Source: Leptospiraceae bacterium (GTDB taxonomy: Bacteria > Spirochaetota > Leptospiria > Leptospirales > Leptonemataceae). From it: DNA of 64,000 nt. The notes under the pieces were generated by a model. The model was not told where the DNA came from. It was given only the letters and a program-made list of their open reading frames with translations, and ran no database searches. The stretch is taken from NCBI GenBank assembly GCA_040217195.1, contig JAVJNR010000005.1:256001-320000 (forward strand), in the 5' to 3' direction. Of the stretch, positions 1-9,605 are shown in pieces. Made by a program: the position numbers and the translations under genes. The stretch's first letter is position 1. Each line of letters starts with the position of its first letter.

Positions 1-518
1 TGCCGCAGTATCTGGGCAAGAGACCGATTGTAAATATCGATGGCCAGTCTATGAGCTGGATGAAACTCTGAAGGCTTATTTGTTAGTCCAGTATCAAACA
101 GGTAGCCGCTAGAATACACCAGGGCGGAAGCATTCAAACGGGCAAATGTATCTTCACTTATTTCGTGCTCTTTAGCAGCCTGAAAGGCCAGCTCCGCAGC
201 ATAGATGGCCAGAATAGCCTCTCCACTGGTTCTCAGTTCTGTATCAATATCCAGAATACATATCAATGGCTCATTGCTACATTTTTCAGCCAGGTTTTCG
301 CTGAGTACATAACGCCGAGTCATATGGCTTACTTCATCGGAGTTTGTAGAGTTTCGAGATACCGTTCTGCTTTGCTCAAGCGGAGATAGCTCTCGCACAC
401 CGTATCTGGCACAGCCGGATAGAACAAAAATGGAGAGAATTACATTAAATCGCCGGAAAGGCAAACCGAGCATGGGCAAAGGGAAGCGAATCCGGAGTTG
501 CGGTCAACAATGAAGCTC

Positions 519-559
519 AAAAAATGCCTTTTGCTGCCCCCCATGGGGCAGCGAGGGCA
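519..559 (-). terminator. Rho-independent terminator of the DoxX gene
   Basis: Minus strand reads TGCCCTCGCTGCCCC-ATGG-GGGGCAGCAAAAGGCA then a T-run, just after the stop at 568. Confidence 0.8.
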
Positions 560-567
560 AGATCCGA

Positions 568-942
568 TTATTGACCTTTCATGTCAGAGATAACGGCTGC
601 CAACCAGGCTCCGCCTGCGATAGCCAGATCTTTAAAGAAGTTCATCATAGCACCCTGGTCTCCGCCGGCCATTTTTGGTGCATGAATTGTAAGTGCAAAG
701 ATCAGGATCAAAAGACCCAGAAGGGCTCCAGCCAGCTTGGCAACTTTGGGAATGAAAAGACCCACTCCACCAGCGATCAAACATACTCCAGTGAAATATA
801 CCCAGATTACTCCGCCGGGAATGGGAACAGCACCCACCATTTGATCAGCACCGGTTAGATGCCCCAGGCCAAAGAATACGGCCATCGCTGCAATCATCGC
901 TCTACCTGCTACGGGCAGGACTTTTTTTATTACATTATCCAT
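568..942 (-). CDS. DoxX-family membrane protein
   Basis: 124 aa, four hydrophobic segments, GR..A..F..G..H and FFKDLAIAGGA motifs; GGAGG RBS upstream. Confidence 0.85.
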   Translation of the reverse strand: MDNVIKKVLPVAGRAMIAAMAVFFGLGHLTGADQMVGAVPIPGGVIWVYFTGVCLIAGGVGLFIPKVAKLAGALLGLLILIFALTIHAPKMAGGDQGAMMNFFKDLAIAGGAWLAAVISDMKGQ

Positions 943-1088
943 TGATTTCCTCCAATCATCTTAATTTGGACACTTAGTGCATTCATTGGAGCAAAGGGTT
1001 ACGCACTTTTTTTATCCCGGGCAGAAAAGTCGGATACATTCCTTAAAATGGCATCCAGCAGGCAAAACACTTTGAGTCCAACCAGAGG

Positions 1089-2381
1089 CTACAGGAAGGT
1101 TTGATACGCCATTTTCTTTTTGTCCAACCGTATGACCCGATTACGAGTCAAAAAAATAAGAGTATCATCTATCTGGGCGATAATCATGCCAAGATAGACC
1201 TGTCCATCGTTCATCGTGATTCGCTCGACGTAGGGAAGCTCAAAGGTTCCGGGTAAAAAGCTACCAAGTTCCCGGGGAGCAATCTCAACTTCATCTATGT
1301 AAACTGCATTTGTTGGATTGGCGCAGGTTCCCGGCCCTTTGCTTTGTATTTCCCTGGAAAATTCGCCAAAGCCCTGACGCAGCACTGTCCGGACTGTTAA
1401 TCGAACTCTGGAGAGCCTCTTTACCTGGATACAAATTCCATCTGGCCCGTATTGATGACTTCTAGCATGAGATATACCATTATAGTCCAGTCCATGCGCC
1501 AGAATGGCCGGGGCTGAAATAACCTTCCCATTCTTATCGCGAACCCTTCTAACAATAATCGGAGCCTGCTCTTCAATAGGTGCATCCACATTCCAGTAAG
1601 AAAGATGCGGAATTCTTGCATCCACCCAGTACCTGCCATCCCGCCTTACCAGAGGAGCTTCCATTTCTTCTTTCCACTTTCCTGAAGTCTCATCGAAGCT
1701 CCAGAGAGTCGCATGAGTCTGACCGGGTTCCACTTCCCCCTGGAAAGGAATCATTACTTGAATGGTTTTCCCTTCCTGGATCTGCAATTCCTTCCCGTCC
1801 GAAAGTGCCGTAAGCTCAAAAGCACCAAAGGACTCCAGTTCCACCGAATTTCCTTGCGAATCCGCGGCGCTAAAGTCCCCGGGCATTGCAAAGACCATAT
1901 CGCTTTTGACATCAATGTGGGACCGCCGAATAGTCAGTGTTTGTCCTTCTTCCAACCCTTCGAATGTATCTGGTGGAATGAGCACATCCATGGAAGAATC
2001 AAAAAACTTGATTTCCCCACCGTCGTATTCAAAGTCGCTGGACAAAGCCGGCAACAGTGGGACAATTACAGGATTAACGGTATCGGGGAATGCGGATACC
2101 ACGGATCGGTATGGTGAAAATCCCTCGGCTGAAATGACCAGGGTAAAGTCCCCGGCGGGCAGATTCTTGAACACAACAACCGGAAGGCCATTTGCAGATT
2201 TTTCCTTATTCCCGATGCGAATGACTGTGTCTTCCGGTATGCTTTTCGATCCGGTATCCAGGACAATGACCAATCCAGAATCAGGACCTGCGGTTGAGGA
2301 GGATCGATCCAGGAGTTGACAATTCTGGAGCCATATTAGAAAGATTAATAAGGAAGTGAGAATAAAAAGCCTGGATCGCAT
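1089..2381 (-). CDS. Putative surface lipoprotein with carboxypeptidase-regulatory-like domain
   Basis: Signal ending WLQNC after a GGAGG RBS (start moved to ATG 2381); LESFGA..., LWSFDETSGKW and HLSYWNVD motifs typical of this surface-protein family. Confidence 0.65.
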   Translation of the reverse strand: MRSRLFILTSLLIFLIWLQNCQLLDRSSSTAGPDSGLVIVLDTGSKSIPEDTVIRIGNKEKSANGLPVVVFKNLPAGDFTLVISAEGFSPYRSVVSAFPDTVNPVIVPLLPALSSDFEYDGGEIKFFDSSMDVLIPPDTFEGLEEGQTLTIRRSHIDVKSDMVFAMPGDFSAADSQGNSVELESFGAFELTALSDGKELQIQEGKTIQVMIPFQGEVEPGQTHATLWSFDETSGKWKEEMEAPLVRRDGRYWVDARIPHLSYWNVDAPIEEQAPIIVRRVRDKNGKVISAPAILAHGLDYNGISHARSHQYGPDGICIQVKRLSRVRLTVRTVLRQGFGEFSREIQSKGPGTCANPTNAVYIDEVEIAPRELGSFLPGTFELPYVERITMNDGQVYLGMIIAQIDDTLIFLTRNRVIRLDKKKMAYQTFL

Positions 2382-2427
2382 TAGACCTCCGGCCGCTAAA
2401 GGCACCGGAGAACCGAATTAGCCATGG

Positions 2428-2706
2428 CTACCCATGACGCTTTTCAAGTTCTTTTACGATATCCTTAAGCGATACGCCTTCGTTGACTAGATTTACCATT
2501 AAATGAAACAATAGATCTGCGGATTCATGCACTATTTCTTTATGATCATGATTCTTGGAGGCCAGTAGAACCTCGCCAGCTTCTTCGGTAATCTTTTTTA
2601 ATATGCGGTCTTCCCCATCCCGGAAAAGATTCGCAGTGTAGGATTTTTCCGGAAGTTGTTCCTTTCTTTCTTTCAGTACCTGCTCTAGTTTCAGTAAGAA
2701 TTCCAT
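2428..2706 (-). CDS. hisE: Phosphoribosyl-ATP pyrophosphatase
   Basis: [17 protein letters not shown] and ESADLLFH motifs; 92-aa monofunctional form. Confidence 0.95.
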   Translation of the reverse strand: MEFLLKLEQVLKERKEQLPEKSYTANLFRDGEDRILKKITEEAGEVLLASKNHDHKEIVHESADLLFHLMVNLVNEGVSLKDIVKELEKRHG

Positions 2707-2822
2707 AATTTCCTCTATTATCTGCTGCTTTTTGTTCCGTGATTGGAAGCTCTGATCCGTCCTGTGTTTGTTCCGCTACTCCGGGATCCTTTCTTTCCAG
2801 TTACCTTGTTGAATACTCAGGA

Positions 2823-3587
2823 CTATGAAGCCAATCGGACAGAAATACCCCGGCTTGCCATGGTTTTTTTTACTTCCTTAATGGAATGAGTGCGAAAATG
2901 AAATATGGAAGCTGCAAGAACTGCATCCACGTCCGTTTGCTCCACCACTTCCACCAGGTGCTCCGCCGATCCGGCTCCCCCACTGGCAATCACAGGAAGC
3001 TGAACAGCCTCTCTCACCGCTCTGGTAAGCTCCAGATCGTAACCATCTCTGGTGCCATCTTTATCCATACTGGTAAGCAAAATCTCGCCGGCTCCTCGCT
3101 GCTCCGCATTTTTGGCCCATTCCACAGCATCAACACCGGTGGAAGTGCGCCCTCCGTGAAGGAAAACTTCAAAGCCACCGGTATCTGTCCTTCGAGCATC
3201 GATGGCGCATACTATGCACTGACTTCCGAAAATTCGAGAGGCATCCGAAAGAACCTGCGGATTTTCAAAGGCCGCGGTATTTAAAGAGACCTTATCCGCG
3301 CCAGCATGGAGCATTAGTTCCACATCTGCTGCTGTGCGAATGCCGCCGCCCACAGTGAATGGAATAAAAATTCGATCTGCAACTCGCTCCACCAGGTCAC
3401 GAACGATGTTGCGACGATCCGAAGAAGCGGTTATATCCAGAAAACAAAGCTCATCCGCCCCTTCCTGAGCGTAAAAAGCAGCATTCTCCACTGGATCTCC
3501 AGCATCTCGAAAATCCACGAAATTGACGCCTTTCACTACCCGACCGTCTTTGATATCCAGACAGGGTATAATCCTTGTAGATAGCAT
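2823..3587 (-). CDS. hisF: Imidazole glycerol phosphate synthase cyclase subunit
   Basis: [31 protein letters not shown] and VIASGGAG motifs. Confidence 0.98.
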   Translation of the reverse strand: MLSTRIIPCLDIKDGRVVKGVNFVDFRDAGDPVENAAFYAQEGADELCFLDITASSDRRNIVRDLVERVADRIFIPFTVGGGIRTAADVELMLHAGADKVSLNTAAFENPQVLSDASRIFGSQCIVCAIDARRTDTGGFEVFLHGGRTSTGVDAVEWAKNAEQRGAGEILLTSMDKDGTRDGYDLELTRAVREAVQLPVIASGGAGSAEHLVEVVEQTDVDAVLAASIFHFRTHSIKEVKKTMASRGISVRLAS

Positions 3588-3597
3588 TTCGAATACC

Positions 3598-3628
3598 CCC
3601 GTTTACTCCCTATTTCACCCGTTTACTC
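3598..3628. repeat. Direct repeat CCCGTTTACTC x2 (20-bp period), possible transcription-factor site
   Basis: Exact 11-mers at 3598-3608 and 3618-3628, between the hisF start and a divergent promoter. Confidence 0.6.
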
Positions 3629-3635
3629 TCTCCAG

Positions 3636-3667
3636 TTGGCAAGCATGGGTCTTCATGATAGTATAAT
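3636..3667 (+). promoter_or_regulatory. Sigma70-type promoter driving candidate sRNA
   Basis: TTGGCA (3636-3641), 17 nt, then TAGTAT (3659-3664) with an extended TGn; an overlapping TATAAT lies at 3662-3667. Confidence 0.6.
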
Positions 3668-3669
3668 GG

Positions 3670-3779
3670 CACGGCAGAGGGGCATTACCGACGCCAGGGA
3701 AGCACTCAGCCCATTCGAGCCCCTCTGTCAACCTTTCAGGGATCTCCCTACGGGGCGGCTGCCAGCCGCCCTTTCTTTT
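3670..3779 (+). ncRNA. Candidate structured small RNA, family unknown
   Basis: Follows the promoter; stem GGCAGAGGGGC/GCCCCTCTGTC; ends in terminator GGGCGGCT-GCC-AGCCGCCC-TTTCTTTT; no credible ORF. Confidence 0.55.
3752..3779 (+). terminator. Rho-independent terminator
   Basis: 8-bp GC-rich stem followed by TTTCTTTT on +, opposite to both flanking genes. Confidence 0.7.
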
Positions 3780-3823
3780 GTACAGTGTAGGCCGCCCAAC
3801 TGTCATTTTGGCACCTCAACCCT

Positions 3824-4930
3824 TTATAGACGATTGGACAGAGCCCTGAATAGTCTTTGAATATCAAATTCGTCTTCCGCTCTGCGGCGACTCTCGGTGG
3901 AAAAATCCTTTCTCAGTGGAGATTCATTGATTAATCGCCTCAAACATCGAGCCAGGTCATCAGCATTCCGGTCCTCAGCCAGTAGTCCGGTGGCTTCATC
4001 CATTACCAGTTCAGACATACCTCCGCCCTTTATCGAAACAACCGGCAATCCGAATCGTCCTGCTTCCATAGCCGTGAAGCTAAAATTGTCCGGCTCCAGA
4101 CGACCTGGGTCGAAGAAAATATCTGCCTTCTGCAGAAGGCCACCCAGCTCCTCGTCTGAAAGAAAGCCGGTAAATGTGATCTGCGGCTCCCTCTTATGGA
4201 TTCGCATGAGCTCGTTCAGGTAGGAGTATTCCGGTCCGCTTCCAGCGATGATCCAATGAACCTGGTCTTTCAAGTCTTCCAGATGATCCATAACAGGAAA
4301 CAGAAGCTCCAGTCCTCTGGATCGAACCAGCGGGCCTACAGTAACAATGACGATTTTCTTTTTGATTCTATTTATCAGTCCCTCTGGACGATTTGGAAAA
4401 GGAAGCTTCCCATCCGGCCAGCGGAAGTCCAGGGCCGGAGGCAGAGCAATCATTTTCTCCCTATCCACGCCTTTCCTTGCAAATTGATCCAGCAGATAGC
4501 GCGACAGTGTAAAAACATATCGGGCTCGATTGAGAACCTTACGATTTCCCGCCTTGATCAATGATACCGCCGGAAGATCTGCAGAGTACAGGAGCACTCC
4601 CCAGGGCAGATTGTACTCCTGTGCTACGGTGGCACCAATCCGGGTGCTGCCTGTGATGGCTCCTAGCAGGAGTGCATCCGGTTGAAAAGCGCGAATACGA
4701 TGAGCCACAAACTGGTGGAATTCACGAGTCTTATTAGAAGAAATACGATGTACCGGAAATCCCAGCCGGCTATCGAACTGCATTCTGTGATTCCGTGTGC
4801 TTATAGAAACATCGGGTGCAATCACTTCAATTCTGTCCGGGTCCCAGAGTCGGGACAGACCGGTATTCAGACCCTCTACGCCGCCTGGCTCAGGCCTAAA
4901 ATAATCACTTATGAACAGGATCCGCTTCAT
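3824..4930 (-). CDS. Glycosyltransferase family 4 (GT-B)
   Basis: MKRILFIS..F.P..GG N-terminus; GSGP, FTGF and MEA...GLPVV...GG..E motifs. Confidence 0.9.
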   Translation of the reverse strand: MKRILFISDYFRPEPGGVEGLNTGLSRLWDPDRIEVIAPDVSISTRNHRMQFDSRLGFPVHRISSNKTREFHQFVAHRIRAFQPDALLLGAITGSTRIGATVAQEYNLPWGVLLYSADLPAVSLIKAGNRKVLNRARYVFTLSRYLLDQFARKGVDREKMIALPPALDFRWPDGKLPFPNRPEGLINRIKKKIVIVTVGPLVRSRGLELLFPVMDHLEDLKDQVHWIIAGSGPEYSYLNELMRIHKREPQITFTGFLSDEELGGLLQKADIFFDPGRLEPDNFSFTAMEAGRFGLPVVSIKGGGMSELVMDEATGLLAEDRNADDLARCLRRLINESPLRKDFSTESRRRAEDEFDIQRLFRALSNRL

Positions 4931-4954
4931 ACCTGGTTAACGATTTAGCTCTAT

Positions 4955-4983
4955 TTGACACTGGAGCAATATGGGCCTACCAT
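4955..4983 (+). promoter_or_regulatory. Sigma70 promoter of the 5-16.8 kb gene run
   Basis: TTGACA (4955-4960), 17 nt, TACCAT (4978-4983). Confidence 0.6.
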
Positions 4984-4994
4984 TTCTCTATGTA

Positions 4995-7925
4995 GTGCGG
5001 GGAGCTTTTGCCATACTGCTCGGGGCCGCCACAGCTTCAAGTTACCTTTCCTGTGCCAATGCATCGGAAGGCCCACTCTTACCCCCTCCGGAAAATGGCC
5101 CCAGAGTGGATCTGCACATTGAATCCCTGGGAACCTCCAGGCCAGAGAAAATAGACCCGGATTCCGGGCCCGGATTCAAAAAATGTCTTACTACTCTTGC
5201 TGAATCCAGATACAAACAAGAATTCGGCGTTCGGCTTCGAATCTGCTTTCCCGAAATAGAGCGGATACTTGAGTTGAAGGAACAATGGGCCACTCTGGAT
5301 ACTACCAGTCGCCGACTGGGTGAGTTTAAGACCGGCACTTCTGTGGACCTCCTGGATACTCTGAAGAGCAAATCCATAGAATTTTTCTACGATGGGAATG
5401 GTAGACAAGCCCTGGCAGAACTAAACAGACTGCATGGTCGCTCTACTCATTCCATCCTGGCATCACGCTTCATAGATGATCCTCGCCGTAATGAAATTCT
5501 GCTTCAATACTCAAACGTAGCTCTATCTCCGCGTAAATTCCCGGACAGCGTCTTTAGTTTTGTATTAACCAAACATGAAATCTATTTACTATTCCCTTCC
5601 CGATTTCGACGGCGAATCCACTGGTTATCCGTTCCGCTGGAATCCGTCCAGGCAGATCGACTAAGGACCAAACTAATTGAGCGGCATGAAGCATTGCTTT
5701 CTTTGCTGGAAGATAGAACTGATTCCGCTGCATTCAATTTCGCTGCTTCCCTGACCGAGCTATTCGATAGAAGACAATTTGAGTTCCAGTGTTCCAGGGA
5801 TGGACTTCTACAATTTCGCTTTAAGACCGATAATCGAAGCTATGAAAGGGTGCTACCCTGTCTCAAGAATGCAATTCTTCTTTTAAGGCGAAAACCCGAA
5901 AACAGGATTTCCTACATTCAGGACAGCCAATCAAGTATTGATGTACCATACATAGCCGATGGTCGATCTCTAAACTGGCAACAGAAACCCAGAGATCTCA
6001 ATGATTCAGACTCCGGTATTTCTACAAATGGCTACTGGTCACTTGAGCCATGCAATCCAGAATGCAATAGCCTGGGCTTCCATACTGCGAAAAAGAAATT
6101 CTCAATGCCTCGGTGTAGACTTGAAGACATTGAATTGAATGAATGGAATCTGATCGGATTGTTGACCCCCGGCCTGGAGCCAGGCGGGAAGTTTCTCGAG
6201 TTTCGCATCCATCGCAATTGCAGGTCCGCCGGCCTCAAAATATATGTAGACCAGAAAGAAGTGCTTTTCCCAGCAAAGCTACAGAAAGGACTTCATCTAA
6301 TGCTTGCCGATCCATCCTATTTTGATCGATCGAATAGATTCACTTCTCAGGCTAGTCATCTGGTAAGAAACATTAGCGAAGGCGATGAGATAATACTGAA
6401 ATGCCCTGCATGCGAAAAATCAAAAACCCTCAAAAAAGCCCGGAATCCAGATCTATTCCTTTTCGGCGAATCGATTCAGGATGCTGATGTTAATGCAATT
6501 CAATCCAGAAAAAACACCGGCAAAGATCAGTTTCATCCTCCATATTGCCGGGGATTGATCCCGGACCTCTGCCGTAGCGGTGTTCATGGAATGAGTCCGG
6601 GCGAAGAGGTCCGGCCGCGACCATTGCCGACCATAACCCTGGATGAAATTCTGCCTGCAGGCACATCAGATCCGGCCGAGGAGTTTCTGGAGTTCAGAAG
6701 CGTAGATAGTTCCAGCGATTCGAAATTCGTTTCGGGTTCTCTTCGAATTCAATTTCAGTCTGAGAATCGTAGCTATGTCTTCTACGGTGCAATACCACGG
6801 TCCGATTCCGGCCGATGGGCCATCATGAGAGAAGGAAACCAATGTTATTCCGAAACACCTTCTGTGATTCAGGATTCGGATTTTCGCATTCCCAACCAGC
6901 CTTTTAGACTGGAGGTTCGCTTAAAAGCCCATACGGCAGAGGGAAAGTTCATTGATAAGACTTTACTCAGAGAGGATTTCAGCAAGTCATTCCTGAACAG
7001 ACAATTCTCCCATGTTCGCAGAGAAAATAGAAAGGGCCATTCCAGGTGGATGGTGCATTCCGATAGCCAGTGCCATAATTCCACTCCAGGTAGACCAGGC
7101 TATTATCGGCCTCAGTTCAGGCCGCTGGGACTACACTTCTTTAAGATTCAGTGGCTGGCGGACTCCGACGGTTTCTTCCAATGGCAAAACGACAATGACT
7201 CTTCCATTGATGAAATGGCATGGATCTCTCCTGGTCGCACAGAAGTAGTTCTGGATCATTCCGAAAATCGCTTCGCATCTGAGTATACAATTCGTCTGAA
7301 ACATCTGTCATCGCCAGAGGCTCTGCGAATAGCCGGGCCCAATCTGAGCGATGAGCGACCTTTGCAAAGCAGTCGAAAATTCCGCATCTGGCCCAGCCAG
7401 AAACCAGATCGCAGTTGTGTTGTTCAATCGATTCAGTTAAATACTACGGAATGGATTCGAGTATGCTTTCCCCAGGGAAGCACCGAATCCATTCGTCTGG
7501 CGATTTCAGATGAGCAATCCAGAGATACATTGATTCCAGCAGGACAGAGGCGAAACGATCTTTCGCTTTATGAAGATCCGTCAAGCCTGCGGCCAGGGGA
7601 ATGCGCGCTGATATTAGATCCAGACATAAACAAGAATACTCTAGAATCCATCCAGCAGCCAGCCGATCAGATGTGTTTTATGCCTGAGTCAGGTTCAGCA
7701 CTGGGTAACGGTCTAAGAAAGGATGAAGAAATTGAGATCTTGCTTCTGGATTCTGAACATCTGGAGCCTGAAGCCTCAGACCGATCGCCGCTGACTCTAT
7801 GTACATACGGTGCGGGCAATCCTGAGAATGACTACCTGATCCCCGAAAACCATAGAATCATTGAGCGAAAAGAAGGAACCTATCAGGACCTGCCTGAAAA
7901 CTTTGAGTTCGGTAGGCTACTTTGA
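4995..7925 (+). CDS. Large hypothetical lipoprotein, possibly with lamin-tail-like domains
   Basis: ~976 aa; lipobox-like YLSC after a hydrophobic stretch; repeated I.L(N/D)E....EF(L)EF and SPG/TPG motifs resembling lamin-tail domains. GTG 4995 preferred because ATG 4971 lies inside the promoter. Confidence 0.65.
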   Translation: MRGAFAILLGAATASSYLSCANASEGPLLPPPENGPRVDLHIESLGTSRPEKIDPDSGPGFKKCLTTLAESRYKQEFGVRLRICFPEIERILELKEQWATLDTTSRRLGEFKTGTSVDLLDTLKSKSIEFFYDGNGRQALAELNRLHGRSTHSILASRFIDDPRRNEILLQYSNVALSPRKFPDSVFSFVLTKHEIYLLFPSRFRRRIHWLSVPLESVQADRLRTKLIERHEALLSLLEDRTDSAAFNFAASLTELFDRRQFEFQCSRDGLLQFRFKTDNRSYERVLPCLKNAILLLRRKPENRISYIQDSQSSIDVPYIADGRSLNWQQKPRDLNDSDSGISTNGYWSLEPCNPECNSLGFHTAKKKFSMPRCRLEDIELNEWNLIGLLTPGLEPGGKFLEFRIHRNCRSAGLKIYVDQKEVLFPAKLQKGLHLMLADPSYFDRSNRFTSQASHLVRNISEGDEIILKCPACEKSKTLKKARNPDLFLFGESIQDADVNAIQSRKNTGKDQFHPPYCRGLIPDLCRSGVHGMSPGEEVRPRPLPTITLDEILPAGTSDPAEEFLEFRSVDSSSDSKFVSGSLRIQFQSENRSYVFYGAIPRSDSGRWAIMREGNQCYSETPSVIQDSDFRIPNQPFRLEVRLKAHTAEGKFIDKTLLREDFSKSFLNRQFSHVRRENRKGHSRWMVHSDSQCHNSTPGRPGYYRPQFRPLGLHFFKIQWLADSDGFFQWQNDNDSSIDEMAWISPGRTEVVLDHSENRFASEYTIRLKHLSSPEALRIAGPNLSDERPLQSSRKFRIWPSQKPDRSCVVQSIQLNTTEWIRVCFPQGSTESIRLAISDEQSRDTLIPAGQRRNDLSLYEDPSSLRPGECALILDPDINKNTLESIQQPADQMCFMPESGSALGNGLRKDEEIEILLLDSEHLEPEASDRSPLTLCTYGAGNPENDYLIPENHRIIERKEGTYQDLPENFEFGRLL

Positions 7926-9508
7926 CTGCTTTCCCTCGAACCCTGGATAGTAAGATCGCTTTTTGGCTTGGCGCTTTTCTCATCCTTTCTGCATTACCGA
8001 ACCCTCTGCATGCACAGATTCGAGCAGATATGACCATGGACGTAGATGGGATTCATTCCTTCGCAGGAGATCCAGAGCCGCAATATAATTACGGTGAAAC
8101 TTCCCGCTGGATGCTTGCAGGGATACATCTAAGACAGTACAATTCATCGGAGGCAACGTTACTCTTTGGCCTGGATGCAAATATTCTGCTCAATCTGGGA
8201 TCTTCAACGATCGAGCATCCAGCCATGCCTTCGGTGCGAAGTAGCCATTTCGTAGAAACCAGCAGAAGGCCAGTTCTTTCCAGAATTTCAAAGAGAGCAC
8301 TTTCAGAAAGTCCAGCCCGCGCAGACAGAAGGGATCCAGCCAGCAAAGCGCTACACATTATTGCAGGGGAGTATTACCTGGGATTAAAACAAAGAATGGA
8401 CGATGTTCTGGGAAGTCTGGGTCATTCCGCCGAACCTTCCATCTCTCTGATACTGGGACGACACCGCTGGAGAACAGAAATTCAGGAGGAGTTTCTGGGA
8501 TCGCCAGGCTATTTCCCGGGGCTGCATTTCATCTGGGACACGGATGGCTATGGTAAAGCGGTGATTTCCCCGGCCTACATCCTGGATAATACGGATTCCA
8601 CCGGCAAAGAATGGGGACTTTCCAGACGTTTGCAGAACGGTGCAGGACTTTCGGCAAGCTCGTTTAACAGCCATCGTTACGGAAGCTCTGCTTTTTATGT
8701 TCTGGGCAATTCCTGGCAATTAGGAATGGGAGTTCGTCGTCATTCATTAAGGAGGAACTCCAGATTATATCTTCCAGGCCTTTTGCAGTATCTACATTTC
8801 TTTGCAGGCTACCGCGGTAAGCACTTTCGCCTGGGTCTGGGCTATTCGCGGGTGATTGGAGAACTACAAAAGCCGCGAAGAACTAGATCCGAAAAACAAC
8901 GGACAGAAGAATTCAAGCCAGTACCTCGTCCGGGAAAAGATCGCAACGAACAAGACATATCGGTAAAAGCAGCCGAAGTCCATGGAGTGTTGGGCTGGCA
9001 GAGCAAATCCTGGAGTCTCACTCTGTCCTTCTTTCTACCGGAATCCATTCATGGTGATAAGAATCCAGAACTGGGTTATGTCCATCCGGGACGACCTCCC
9101 TATTCCATGCCTCTGGGTAGATTCTACGGTATTGCCAGTGGATTCGAAACCTGCGCTTCCTCCCCGGCTTGCTCGGACCTGTCCGTTTCTTCTGAAAACC
9201 TGTACGGACAGATCCAGATCAGGGCAGACCTCAAATGGAGCGGCTATAGAACTTATTTCCTGGCGCTTTATAGTGGAGCTCGCACACAGAGCAAAAATGG
9301 TCTGGCCGGATCTGCTCCAGACCCAGAGGCACCGGATTATCTTGAATGGCAGGCCGGAATTCAGAAGTCCTGGAACTTTCTACGCTCGGGTAGCCTCACC
9401 GTTCAATATGGAAGAATCTATATTCGAAAGACCAGGTCATCGCAGGCTTTTGCAGAATACTTTCGCCTGGGTCTGAAAATCAAATTAAGAGAGTCTATGA
9501 ATGAGTAG
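7922..9508 (+). CDS. Secreted protein, putative outer-membrane beta-barrel
   Basis: Signal peptide (LHA-Q), many alternating amphipathic strands, C-terminal YFRLGLKIKL strand; overlaps both neighbours. Confidence 0.55.
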   Translation: MTAFPRTLDSKIAFWLGAFLILSALPNPLHAQIRADMTMDVDGIHSFAGDPEPQYNYGETSRWMLAGIHLRQYNSSEATLLFGLDANILLNLGSSTIEHPAMPSVRSSHFVETSRRPVLSRISKRALSESPARADRRDPASKALHIIAGEYYLGLKQRMDDVLGSLGHSAEPSISLILGRHRWRTEIQEEFLGSPGYFPGLHFIWDTDGYGKAVISPAYILDNTDSTGKEWGLSRRLQNGAGLSASSFNSHRYGSSAFYVLGNSWQLGMGVRRHSLRRNSRLYLPGLLQYLHFFAGYRGKHFRLGLGYSRVIGELQKPRRTRSEKQRTEEFKPVPRPGKDRNEQDISVKAAEVHGVLGWQSKSWSLTLSFFLPESIHGDKNPELGYVHPGRPPYSMPLGRFYGIASGFETCASSPACSDLSVSSENLYGQIQIRADLKWSGYRTYFLALYSGARTQSKNGLAGSAPDPEAPDYLEWQAGIQKSWNFLRSGSLTVQYGRIYIRKTRSSQAFAEYFRLGLKIKLRESMNE

Positions 9509-9605
9509 AGTTAAAGATTCATTGCAGACTGCATTTAGAGCTAAATCGAAAAATATTCTACATTGGCAATTAGACGTGAATGGGTATCAAAGTTCCGGAT
9601 ATGAA

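Noticed and set aside
1..112. Possible 3' end of a gene entering the window
   Set aside because: Two plus-strand frames are open for short stretches; neither frame nor product can be assigned.
3670..3740. SRP (4.5S) RNA or 6S RNA identity for the sRNA candidate
   Set aside because: CCAGGGAAGC lacks the helix-8 tetraloop hairpin and AGCAG loop of SRP, and the unit is too short for 6S.
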